Shown: positions 1-8,617 of the stretch, in pieces
Layout: every line of letters starts with the position of its first letter
Position numbering within the stretch: position 1 is the first letter of the stretch
Source of the DNA: an uncultured delta proteobacterium
Lineage (GTDB): Bacteria; Myxococcota_A; Polyangia; Polyangiales; Polyangiaceae
NCBI GenBank assembly: GCA_963763745.1
Contig: CAVXQJ010000016.1
Coordinates: 321,029-385,028, forward strand
Direction of reading: 5' to 3'
DNA length: 64,000 nucleotides
The notes under the pieces: model-generated
The model's input: only the letters and a program-made list of their open reading frames with translations
Told to the model about the DNA's origin: nothing
Databases searched by the model: none
Made by a program: the position numbers and the translations under genes

Positions 1-800
1 ACGACGCAACTCACGTTGTCGGGGCCGCCGCGCGCGTTGGCCGCGTCGACGAGCGCAGCGCACGCGTCGCGCGGTTTTTCGTGCGCGAGGAGCGTCGCGC
101 GGATGACGTCGTCGCCCACCGGACCGAAGAGACCGTCGGAGCAGATGAGGAGCACGTCGCCCGATTGGATCGGCACGCGCGTGAGCGCCACGTCGACCGC
201 GGGGCGCGCACCGACGGCCTGAAGGATGACGTTGCTCCCGATGCCGAGCTCTTCGGCGGGTTTGCTCGTGCGCTCGGCGAGGAGCGCGGCGAGCGTTTGA
301 TCGCGCGTGAGCTGGACGAGCGCGCCTTTGCGAAAGAGATACGCGCGCGAGTCGCCGACTTGCCCGACGATAATCTCCGAGTCGCCGAGGGCCGCGACCG
401 TCGCCGTCGTCCCCATGCGTGAAAGGGCGGGATTTCCCTGCGCCGCGGCGTGAACGACTTGCGAAGCGTGCTCGACCGCGGATCGGATCGCGTGCGCGAG
501 CACGTCGCCCGTCGAGCCTTGCATGACGAGCATCGCGCCCAAGATCGCCTCGATCGCCATGCGGCTCGCGACTTCGCCGCCGGCCTCGCCGCCCATCCCG
601 TCGCACACCGCGGCGACCCAGTCACCGGGCGCCGCGGTCGCCACGGCTTCCGCGCCGCTCCCGATCGCGACGCCGCTCGACAAGTCACACACGAGCACGC
701 GGTCTTCGTTGTTCGTGCGCTCGCGCCCGACGTCGCTCGCCGCGGCCACGTCGACTCGAAAGGGGCAGGGGTTTGGAAAGGGGACAGGAAGGGCTTTCAT
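1..800 (-). CDS. PP2C-family Ser/Thr protein phosphatase. The 3' end (C-terminus) runs off the window start.
   Basis: The minus-strand frame ending at ATG 800 is not in the ORF track because it has no stop inside the window. It translates MKALPVPFP...GDWVAAVCDGMGG...ICSDGLFGPVGDD...ARGGPDNVSCVV. The DGMGG and GGPDNV motifs are PP2C hallmarks. Confidence 0.85.
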   Translation of the reverse strand, partial: MKALPVPFPNPCPFRVDVAAASDVGRERTNNEDRVLVCDLSSGVAIGSGAEAVATAAPGDWVAAVCDGMGGEAGGEVASRMAIEAILGAMLVMQGSTGDVLAHAIRSAVEHASQVVHAAAQGNPALSRMGTTATVAALGDSEIIVGQVGDSRAYLFRKGALVQLTRDQTLAALLAERTSKPAEELGIGSNVILQAVGARPAVDVALTRVPIQSGDVLLICSDGLFGPVGDDVIRATLLAHEKPRDACAALVDAANARGGPDNVSCV

Positions 801-860
801 GAATCTCAAGGTGCTGCTAGAAACTAAAGTTGTCAACCGAGGAAGCAAGAGATTCAGCGC

Positions 861-1457
861 ATGGTCATCGACGACTCGGACGGTTACGTTGACGAGATGC
901 CCCCGAGCATGAGCGATTGGCAGGAGCGCCTCCAAGAGGCGATGGAGGCGCGTGGGTTCAGCGGCGGTGAGCTCGCACGCCGCACGGGCTTCTCCGCGCA
1001 GTACGTCAACTCGCTGAAGAGCGGCGAGCGCGGCGCGCGCCTCCCGCTCGACACCGCGCGCAAGATCGCGCAAGCGCTCGCCGTGAGCGTCGATTGGCTG
1101 ACGCGCGGCGAAGGTCCGCGCGAACGCCTCAGCGACGTGTATCCGGTCGTCGCGGTTGCGTCGTCCCCTCACGGTGGCGAGGCGCCGCCGCCATCGGATC
1201 GCTACGCGGGACGCGCCGAGGCGATCGCGCTCCTCGCGCGGATCACGCCGCCCGAAGTGATCGATGCGCTCCGCGCCGTCGTTCCCAACGAGGAGGGATT
1301 CGATCCGGGCCGCGAGTGGTGGCTCGCCTACGCGAAGGATCTCGCGCGCGACTTCCGCCGCATCAAAGACGATCCCGATTTCGTCCCCGACGCGCACCCC
1401 GCGAAGAAAGCGCCGAAGAGCGAGTTCTCGCTCAAGCGCGCCCGACGCGTGACCTGA
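861..1457 (+). CDS. XRE-family helix-turn-helix transcriptional regulator
   Basis: This 198 aa ORF contains LARRTGFSAQYVNSLKSGER, which has the form of an HTH_3 (Cro/C1) helix-turn-helix. It is divergent from the PP2C gene across a 60 bp spacer. Confidence 0.65.
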   Translation: MVIDDSDGYVDEMPPSMSDWQERLQEAMEARGFSGGELARRTGFSAQYVNSLKSGERGARLPLDTARKIAQALAVSVDWLTRGEGPRERLSDVYPVVAVASSPHGGEAPPPSDRYAGRAEAIALLARITPPEVIDALRAVVPNEEGFDPGREWWLAYAKDLARDFRRIKDDPDFVPDAHPAKKAPKSEFSLKRARRVT

Positions 1458-2745
1458 CGCGTGACCTGAGCACGAGGCCCGCAAGGAGCGCGGCGAGCGC
1501 GAGGAGCCCCGCGGTCACGCTGGTTTCGGGGCTCGAGGAAGCCGCGGAGCAACCACCGCTACTCCCCGCATCGCCCGTCACGGAACCGCCGTCGTCGCTC
1601 GCATCGACCCCCGCGTCGATCTCGGGCGGCGCCTCGGTCGTCGAGAGCGGCGTGATGCAATCGGGGTCCGCGAGATCGACGAGCTCGTCTCCATCGTTGT
1701 CGAGCCCGTCTTCGCAGTCCGTTCCCGTCCCGCCAAACAGCGTTTGCTTCGAGACCGCGTTGCGCAAAAACGCCATGACGGGCTTCTCGTCGTAGCCGGC
1801 GCCCGCGTCGGGATCATGCACGCACACGCCGAAGTGATAGGGCGCTGGCGGCTCGTCGAACGACTCGTAGAAGATCGTGTTCGTCCACCACGGGCGCGTG
1901 AGCATGCTCTCGAGCACGCGCCGGTAATATCGAGTTTGCGCGGCGAGCGCGGCGCTGTCGCCGAGCGCCGCCTCGATGCCCGTCTCGGTGATCCAAAACG
2001 GTTGCTTCGCGCCGTGCGCGTCGATGATCTCTTTGAACGAGAGCGGACCTTCGTAGACCACGCTCGTTCCGACCTTCACGATGCGGTGCGAATCGAGCTT
2101 GTTGTAGAAGCTGTCCGATGCGCCGCCCGCGCCCGCCGTGTCTTGCGGGAATTGCGCGTAGTCGTGTCCGCTGATGACGTCGATCTTCGATTGCGCGCCC
2201 GTGAGCACCGTATCGAGGAATGTCGCGTAGCTCGTGCCCACCGTCGCGATCGCGGGGCCGACCACTTTGCACGTCGCGCACGCTGCGTGGAGCGCGTCGG
2301 CGCCTTTGACGAGGATCTCGTCCGTATATTGCTGCGCAGTTCCTTCCCAAAACGTTTGCAGGTCGGGCTCGTTCCACAGCTCGAAATACGTCACGCGATC
2401 TTTCAAGTGGTTGACGGCCGCGGTGACGTAATTGGCATATGCGCCCGAGACGGGGACATCGTTGTTGGGGCCATCGCCGAGCGTGTCGCCCGTCGAAGCC
2501 CACGTGGGCGTGTAAGCGAGCACGGCGAGCACGTTGAGATTGCGCGCTTTGGCGGCGTCGACGACGGCGTCGAACAAAGTGAAATCGAACTGGCCTTGCG
2601 TCTTCTCCGCGTCGAGCCAGTTCGCGTCGATGCGCACCCATCCGAGCGACGAAGCCTTCGTCGCGTCGAGGCCCACCGTCGTCGATTGATGGACGTTGAG
2701 CCCGAGCGACGCGGCCGCCGCGAAGAGAATCGCCGCTGCGTTCAT
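1432..2745 (-). CDS. Secreted GH5-like glycoside hydrolase with a MYXO-CTERM-type C-terminal sorting tail
   Basis: It has a signal peptide. ELWNEPD looks like the GH5 acid/base motif and WITETG like the nucleophile. The C-terminus is ...SGGCSAASS...AGLLALAALLAGLVLRSRVRSR, i.e. a G-C motif, a hydrophobic helix and an Arg-rich end. Confidence 0.75.
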   Translation of the reverse strand: MNAAAILFAAAASLGLNVHQSTTVGLDATKASSLGWVRIDANWLDAEKTQGQFDFTLFDAVVDAAKARNLNVLAVLAYTPTWASTGDTLGDGPNNDVPVSGAYANYVTAAVNHLKDRVTYFELWNEPDLQTFWEGTAQQYTDEILVKGADALHAACATCKVVGPAIATVGTSYATFLDTVLTGAQSKIDVISGHDYAQFPQDTAGAGGASDSFYNKLDSHRIVKVGTSVVYEGPLSFKEIIDAHGAKQPFWITETGIEAALGDSAALAAQTRYYRRVLESMLTRPWWTNTIFYESFDEPPAPYHFGVCVHDPDAGAGYDEKPVMAFLRNAVSKQTLFGGTGTDCEDGLDNDGDELVDLADPDCITPLSTTEAPPEIDAGVDASDDGGSVTGDAGSSGGCSAASSSPETSVTAGLLALAALLAGLVLRSRVRSRVGRA

Positions 2746-4652
2746 TGAGCCGACATGACGACGCTATTGAGCTTCGTGATGTTCGCGCCCGACGGATAGC
2801 CGTAGCTCACCCATCGCGTGAAGCGCGGATCGTCTTCTTGATCGGCTTGGAGCGTCGCGGCGCTGCCCCAACCCCAAACCGTCATTCCGAACATCGGCGA
2901 GCCCGTCGCCGCGTCGCCCGCGAACGTTGCTTGAATGACGTGAACGCCGTTGTTGCAGTTGCCGACGCCTTGGAAATTTCCCGTCGACAAATCCACGCGC
3001 GTGAACTGATACGTCCCGCTCGAGCCGACGTTCGTCCAGCTCGACAAGCTCCCCGCGCAATCGAGGTTCACGTCTGGAAATCCGAATTGCGGATCTTTCA
3101 CGCGCACGACGACGAGGTTCGTCTCGGGATACGTCGGATCGGTGAAGAACGTATAACGCGACAAATATTGTTGCGATGAGAGGACGTTGATGAACTCGGG
3201 ATCGCCCGTTCCGTCGTAAGGCTCGCCGCCCGTCATGTATTGCGCCATGTAGAACGGGTGCGATGCGTCCTGGCTGCGCACGACGAACGGCGTATTCGGG
3301 ATGAACTCCACCATTTGCCCGGCGGACAACGTCGTTGGCGCTCCGGCCGGAGTCGATGGCTCGTACGTCAGCGAAGTTCCATTCACGACGCCGACGACGC
3401 GATAAGGCGAATACTCCTCGATTTGCAGGTCTCGGGATCGGTAACGAACCGCGACGTATTCGCTCCCGAGCGCGCGAATCGGCGGAAGCATTTGGTGCGC
3501 GCTGTCCGCGCGTATGTGATTGAGCGGAACGTCCATCAGCGTCGACCCGCCGACGACGGCGACGGGCGCGGACGCTTGAATCGCGCTTCCCGTGAGCGGA
3601 TTCGGCTGCGTGAATTGAACGTACTCGCCTTTGTTCAATTGATATTTGCCGGACGTGTTCGCCGCGATGCCGGCGAGCCCGCCGCCCGCGAGGATGTCCG
3701 TGACGGGCTTGATCGTGACCGTCGTGTTGTCCGCTTGCGCGATGATCATCATCGTTGGACCCGCGCGATCCTCGGTGAAGCTCGTCGGCGTGTCGTAGGC
3801 ATTCACCGCGACGTAGTTGTCGCCCCACACGTTCGTCGGCAAGAGCAAGCTCGAACCCGTGACGCGCGCGCGCCCCGCGCCGAACGGCAACATCGAATAC
3901 GCGACGACGGGCACGTTCGTCTTGATGTGGAACGCCGCCGCTTTTCCCGTTCCGTGAAGCGACGCGTCGCCGTTCACCGCGGGAAGAACACCCGACGGAC
4001 ACGCCGCGAGCTTTCGCGGGTCGGTCGTGTTGGGATCTTGATCGGCCGCGGGATCGCGCGACAAGAACAAAACCGCGATTTGGTTTTGCGGCAAGCCGAC
4101 GTTCGGGTCGTATGGATTGTAAACGACGCTCGTGCCGAATCCGCTCGGGATGCGCGCGAATTGATCGATCGGCAGCACGGTGCCGGAGAGATCGACTTGG
4201 ATCTTCGCCGGCTCGCCGGTCTTCCACTGATTGACGATGAAGATCGCATAACAAACGCCGGCGGCCTCGGGCGTCATGTCCATTTCGGCCATGTAGAACT
4301 CGCAGCCGTTCGACGTGTCTTGGCCGAGCGTGTCGACGCACGGGTTCACGCATTTTCCTTCTTCGCATTGCTCGAGCGAGCTGCATTGAAAGACGCGCAC
4401 GCCGCACGCGTAGAGATAGCCGAGATCGTTCGGCTCGCAGTACGTGCTCGAGTCGGGGCAGTCCGTGACGACATCGAGCGGGCCGCCTTCGATGAGCGGG
4501 CCGTCGCCGGTGTGATCGATCGTCTGGTCCGTGGTCGCGTCGAACGGGGTGGTCGGCTCGTAGAGACCGGTGCGCGCGCCGCACGCGACGAAGACCGCGC
4601 TCACCGCGAGCGACACCGCGATCAAGCGAAGCAAGGAACGGCGACGGGACAT
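2742..4652 (-). CDS. Large secreted lipoprotein of unknown function
   Basis: This 636 aa ORF has an N-terminal lipobox (LAVSAVFVAC-G) and Cys-rich, protein-like composition throughout. Its stop overlaps the start of the GH5 gene in the ATGA style, which suggests an operon. Confidence 0.6.
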   Translation of the reverse strand: MSRRRSLLRLIAVSLAVSAVFVACGARTGLYEPTTPFDATTDQTIDHTGDGPLIEGGPLDVVTDCPDSSTYCEPNDLGYLYACGVRVFQCSSLEQCEEGKCVNPCVDTLGQDTSNGCEFYMAEMDMTPEAAGVCYAIFIVNQWKTGEPAKIQVDLSGTVLPIDQFARIPSGFGTSVVYNPYDPNVGLPQNQIAVLFLSRDPAADQDPNTTDPRKLAACPSGVLPAVNGDASLHGTGKAAAFHIKTNVPVVAYSMLPFGAGRARVTGSSLLLPTNVWGDNYVAVNAYDTPTSFTEDRAGPTMMIIAQADNTTVTIKPVTDILAGGGLAGIAANTSGKYQLNKGEYVQFTQPNPLTGSAIQASAPVAVVGGSTLMDVPLNHIRADSAHQMLPPIRALGSEYVAVRYRSRDLQIEEYSPYRVVGVVNGTSLTYEPSTPAGAPTTLSAGQMVEFIPNTPFVVRSQDASHPFYMAQYMTGGEPYDGTGDPEFINVLSSQQYLSRYTFFTDPTYPETNLVVVRVKDPQFGFPDVNLDCAGSLSSWTNVGSSGTYQFTRVDLSTGNFQGVGNCNNGVHVIQATFAGDAATGSPMFGMTVWGWGSAATLQADQEDDPRFTRWVSYGYPSGANITKLNSVVMSAQ

Positions 4653-4680
4653 GGAGATATCCTACGGCCGATGGCCAGCG

Positions 4681-5018
4681 TCGTCGATCGCGTCAACAAG
4701 CTCCTTGCGCTCAGCGCTTCGTCGAACATGCACGAAGCGCGCAACGCCGCGCTCCTCGCTGCGAAATTGATCCGCGAGCACGGTCTCGAAGTGCGCGAGC
4801 GCGACGTGCGTCGCAAGACGCCGCGCCCGACACCGAAACCGAAGCGACCGAGCTCGAAAAAAAATCGCGCGGTCGTTCCGCCGATCATCGAGAGCCCGCT
4901 CGGCGGCGATTGCGCCGTATGCGGCAAGCGCTATCGCGCGGGAACCGCCGTGCATTGGTCCGACGCGGACGGCGGCATCCACACTGCGTGCATCGAAGCG
5001 TGGTTGCGTCGCGGTTAG
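4681..5018 (+). CDS. Small protein with a DUF2786-like N-terminus and a Cys/His C-terminus
   Basis: This is the in-frame tail of a long junk [38 protein letters not shown] resembles the DUF2786 helix. The C-terminus has CAVCGK...H...H..C. Confidence 0.4.
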
Positions 5019-5942
5019 CTCAGCGCGAGCATGCGATCGATCGGCACGCGCGCCTTTTCGAGGAGCTCCGGGGACATCTCGATGCGCGGCTGCAAATCGC
5101 GGAGGCAGAGATACACCTTCTCGAGCGTGTTCTTCTTCATGAACGGGCACTCGTTGCACGAGCAGCTCGCCTCGGGCGGCGCGGGGATGAACGTCTTGCC
5201 CGAGCCTTCCGCTTGCTTCTGCATCTGGTGCAAAATCCCCGCTTCCGTCGCGATGATGAATTCCTTCTTCGGGCTCGCGAGCGCGTACTTCAAGATGCCC
5301 GTCGTCGAGCCGATGTAGTCGGCCATCTTCAAGAATCGAGTCTTCGCACTCGGGGTGCGCGAGGATCTCCGCGTCGGGGTGCCGCGTCTTCAGCGCCACG
5401 AGCTTCCGCTCGCTGAACGTTTCGTGCACTATACAACTACCTTGCCAGAGCTTCATGGGGCGATCGAGCTTCTTCTCGAGCCAGTGACCGAGGTTCTTGT
5501 CCGGCGCGAAGAGGATCGTCTTGTCCTTCGGGACGGCGTTCACGATCTTCTCGGCGTTCGATGACGTGCAGATGTAGTCCGACAGCGCTTTCACCTCGGC
5601 AGAGCAGTTGATGTACGTGATCGACACGGCGCCCGGGTTGCGCTCGCGCCACGCGCGAAAGCGTTCCGCGGGGCAACCGTCGGCGAGCGAGCAGCCCGCG
5701 TCGAGATCGGGCACGACGACGATCTTGTCGGGGTTCAAGATCTTCGCCGTCTCGGCCATGAAGTGAACGCCCGCGAAACAGATGACGTCGGCGTTCGTCT
5801 TCTTCGCGGCCTGCGCGAGCTGGAGCGAGTCGCCGATCACGTCGGCGACGTCTTGGATGTCGCTCTCTTGGTAGTAGTGCGCGAGGATGACGGCGTTGCG
5901 CTCCTTCTTGAGGCGGCGAATCTCGGCTTCCAAGTCGACCAT
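5015..5942 (-). pseudogene. nadA: Quinolinate synthase NadA, interrupted by a +1 frameshift near 5335
   Basis: The N-terminal 200 aa are in ORF 4662..5942: [60 protein letters not shown]. The C-terminal 105 aa are in ORF 5015..5332: [14 protein letters not shown]...[17 protein letters not shown]. One extra base at ...cttGaagatggcc... shifts the frame. Confidence 0.8.
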
Positions 5943-5982
5943 GCGTTGGATCGTAGGTACGAAATGCCGCTACGCCAACAGG

Positions 5983-6516
5983 TCAATAGTTGGCGCAGGC
6001 AGGCGCGTCGAATGCGCCCTTCACCGACCCATGCGCAAAGACGAGGTCGAGCGTTCCGCGGATCGACGTCGCGCTGATCGCTTCGATCGTGACGGTCCCA
6101 CGCGTGGCGCTCTCGACGAGCGCGCCCTTCGGGCCGTAGAAATTGGCTTCGACCGACATCGGGCTCATGGCGCGCGTGAGCTCGTACGTGCCGGGCGCGA
6201 TCGCACCCGACATGCGCGTGAACGCGAGCTTCACGGTTGGCCCCGATGGTGACTTCACATTTGCGCACGCATCGACGAACGTCGCGATCGTCAGGCCCGC
6301 GAACACGATCATTCCGTGCTTGTAAGACGAGATCGCGTCTTTGCTTTCAAACGCCGCGCCGGCGACCGTTCCGCTGACCGTGCGCGTGACGGGGGCGATC
6401 GATGCGACGGGCGTCGCCGACGAGGACGCGCTCGCCGCCACCGTCGTGGTGGCCGTCGGGCTCGGCTTTCCACACGCGAGCAGGCACGCGCAAGCGACGA
6501 CCGACGACCTCGTCAT
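5983..6516 (-). CDS. Lipoprotein of unknown function
   Basis: The internal Met of ORF 5983..7017 gives MTRSSVVACACLLAC-G, a lipobox, followed by about 160 aa of protein-like sequence. Upstream in that ORF is Arg-rich junk. The ATG at 6516 overlaps the PilZ stop. Confidence 0.6.
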   Translation of the reverse strand: MTRSSVVACACLLACGKPSPTATTTVAASASSSATPVASIAPVTRTVSGTVAGAAFESKDAISSYKHGMIVFAGLTIATFVDACANVKSPSGPTVKLAFTRMSGAIAPGTYELTRAMSPMSVEANFYGPKGALVESATRGTVTIEAISATSIRGTLDLVFAHGSVKGAFDAPACANY

Positions 6517-6926
6517 TCGTCCGGTTTGCGCGAGAGGAGCTTGCCGGAGATGTGCTCGCCGAGCGCGTCGGCCATGAGCTTCTCGACGATGTCGTCGAGC
6601 GCTTGCCGCTCGCTGTCGTCTTGGAAGAGAAAACGAATGCCCATGCCGGGGATGGCGTCGTCGCCGGTTTTCGTCGCGTCGGCGGTGGCGTTGACCCAAA
6701 TCACTTTTCCGCGAAGCTTGAGCTGCGTGTCTTGCGCGGGCAGCGAGAGAACGAAGACAAACTCCGTTCCGATGTCGAGCGGCTTCGCCGTTTTGATGAA
6801 CGTCCCGCCCTTCGAAATGTTCTTCGTGTAGTCCGCGAAGAAAGTGTTCAGCCGTTTGTAGTCGACGCGCAGCGTGATGGCAGCGCGGTCGGCTTGGCGC
6901 TTCTCCGAACCGTCCATGGTAAGCAT
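6513..6926 (-). CDS. PilZ-domain protein (putative c-di-GMP receptor)
   Basis: RVDYKRLNTFFADYTKNISKGGTFIKT...GKVIWV...GMGIRF follows the PilZ pattern. The start is taken at MLTMDG (6926). The N-terminal 24 aa of the track ORF are junk. Confidence 0.65.
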   Translation of the reverse strand: MLTMDGSEKRQADRAAITLRVDYKRLNTFFADYTKNISKGGTFIKTAKPLDIGTEFVFVLSLPAQDTQLKLRGKVIWVNATADATKTGDDAIPGMGIRFLFQDDSERQALDDIVEKLMADALGEHISGKLLSRKPDE

Positions 6927-6931
6927 CGTAC

Positions 6932-8593
6932 ATGGCGTCGAGGCTCGAGGACATGCGCAAGCGCATCGCGGACGTACCCGCGCGCGCGCGTGCGGCATGG
7001 CACATGGGGCGGAACACGGGGGCGATTTGGGAGCTCCGGCCGCGCGGCCTCGTCGAGATGGCGCGCTCGCTGAACCGCGAGTACCAAAACCCGTCCGCGA
7101 TCTACACGATCCACGCGAGAAACCATCCGGGTCGCGTCGCGATTCGATTCCGCGGTCGGTCGATCACGTTCGGCGAGCTCGACGACAGGCTCGATCGGCT
7201 CGCGTCGGGTCTCGTCGACCGCGGGCTCGAGCGCAAACAGAGCGTCCTCGTGATGATGAAGAACCGCCCCGAGTTCATCGAGATCGGCGCGGCAGCCGGG
7301 CGCGCGGGCGCGGCGGCGGTCGCGGTGTCGTGGCGATCGACGCCGCACGAGCTCGCATACCTCGCGAACAACTCGGGCGCGCGCTTCATCTTCTTCGACC
7401 ACGAATTGTGGCCGACGATCGAGCACGCGCTCCCGCAGATCACCGTGCCGCACGAGAAGCTCGTCGCGGTGGGCGGCGACGTGCCCGGTTGCGCGCGCTA
7501 CGAGGATCTTCTCTCGGGCGCGAAGCGCACGATCGAAGGCGACGACGAAGCCGCGGCGGTCGTCACGTACACCTCGGGCACGACGGGAAAACCGAAGGGC
7601 GCGGTGCGCAGGTTTCCGCGCGAGATGTTCGTGCAGATCCTCGAGTTCATCGCGTCGACGCCGATCAAGTCGACGGACGTGCACCTCTGCGTGTGCCCGC
7701 TCTATCACATGACCGCGTTCGCCTTCTTCACGATGACCCACGTCGTCGGCGGCACCGTCGTCATCGCAGACGACTTCAAGCCCGAATCGTTCCTCGAGCT
7801 CGTCGAGCGCGAGCGCGTCACGACGACGGCGATGGTCCCGACGATGCTCCAGCGTCTCCTCACGCACGGCACGGACGCCATCCACGCGCACCGCACGCGA
7901 TCGCTCCGCGCGATCTTCCTCGGCGGCGCGCAGCTCCCCGCGCAGCTCGCGATCGACGCGATGGACATCCTCGGCGACGTCGTCTTCAACTTCTACGGCG
8001 CGACCGAGCTCGGCATCGTGACGCTCGCGTCGCCCGCCGATTTGCGCGCCGCGCCCGGCACCATCGGCCCCGTCGTGTCCGGAAACGACGTGCTCCTCCT
8101 CGACGACGAGAAGAACCCCGTGAAAGACGGCGCGGTCGGCGAGCTCTACGTGAAGAACGCGATGTTGGTAGCAGGGTACCATGGTAACGAATCAGCCATG
8201 CGCGAGAGCATGCACGCGGGTTACTTCAGCGTGGGCGATCTCGCGCGCCGCGACGGCGACGGGCGTTACTTCATCGAAGGCCGCAAGCGCGACATGGTCA
8301 TCTCGGGCGGCGTGAACGTGTATCCCGCGGAGGTGGAGGGCGCGATCGAAGCGCACCCGCAGGTGCTCGAAGCGGCGGTCGTCGGCGTGCCCGATCCCGA
8401 GTGGGGCGAGCGCGTGAAGGCGTTCGTCGTCGCGCGCGCGGGCGAGCGCATCGACTCCGAGCAGCTCAAGCAGTTCCTCCGCGAGCGCATCGCGGGCCCG
8501 AAGATCCCGCGCGAGTACGCGTTCATCGACGCGCTCCCGCGCAACCCGACGGGCAAGGTCTTGAAGAACGATCTGCGCGCACAGCGCGTTTGA
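6932..8593 (+). CDS. AMP-dependent acyl-CoA synthetase/ligase (FadD-like)
   Basis: The 553 aa ORF carries TYTSGTTGKPKG (the AMP-binding P-loop), YGATE, and ...PRNPTGKVLK at the C-terminus. Confidence 0.85.
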   Translation: MASRLEDMRKRIADVPARARAAWHMGRNTGAIWELRPRGLVEMARSLNREYQNPSAIYTIHARNHPGRVAIRFRGRSITFGELDDRLDRLASGLVDRGLERKQSVLVMMKNRPEFIEIGAAAGRAGAAAVAVSWRSTPHELAYLANNSGARFIFFDHELWPTIEHALPQITVPHEKLVAVGGDVPGCARYEDLLSGAKRTIEGDDEAAAVVTYTSGTTGKPKGAVRRFPREMFVQILEFIASTPIKSTDVHLCVCPLYHMTAFAFFTMTHVVGGTVVIADDFKPESFLELVERERVTTTAMVPTMLQRLLTHGTDAIHAHRTRSLRAIFLGGAQLPAQLAIDAMDILGDVVFNFYGATELGIVTLASPADLRAAPGTIGPVVSGNDVLLLDDEKNPVKDGAVGELYVKNAMLVAGYHGNESAMRESMHAGYFSVGDLARRDGDGRYFIEGRKRDMVISGGVNVYPAEVEGAIEAHPQVLEAAVVGVPDPEWGERVKAFVVARAGERIDSEQLKQFLRERIAGPKIPREYAFIDALPRNPTGKVLKNDLRAQRV

Positions 8594-8617
8594 TGCAGTA
8601 GAGCTTTCGCAGGCGCC

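Noticed and set aside
11-688. 225 aa minus-strand ORF overlapping the PP2C gene
   Set aside because: Its composition is Arg, Ser and Ala-rich junk. The PP2C frame on the same strand has clear motifs, so this is a spurious high-GC ORF.
2764-4584. 606 aa minus-strand ORF and 592 aa plus-strand ORF (3240..5018) overlapping the lipoprotein gene
   Set aside because: The products are Arg/His/Asp-rich and of low complexity. The frame with the lipobox and protein-like sequence was preferred. Only the 3' tail of 3240..5018 (4681..5018) looks genuine.
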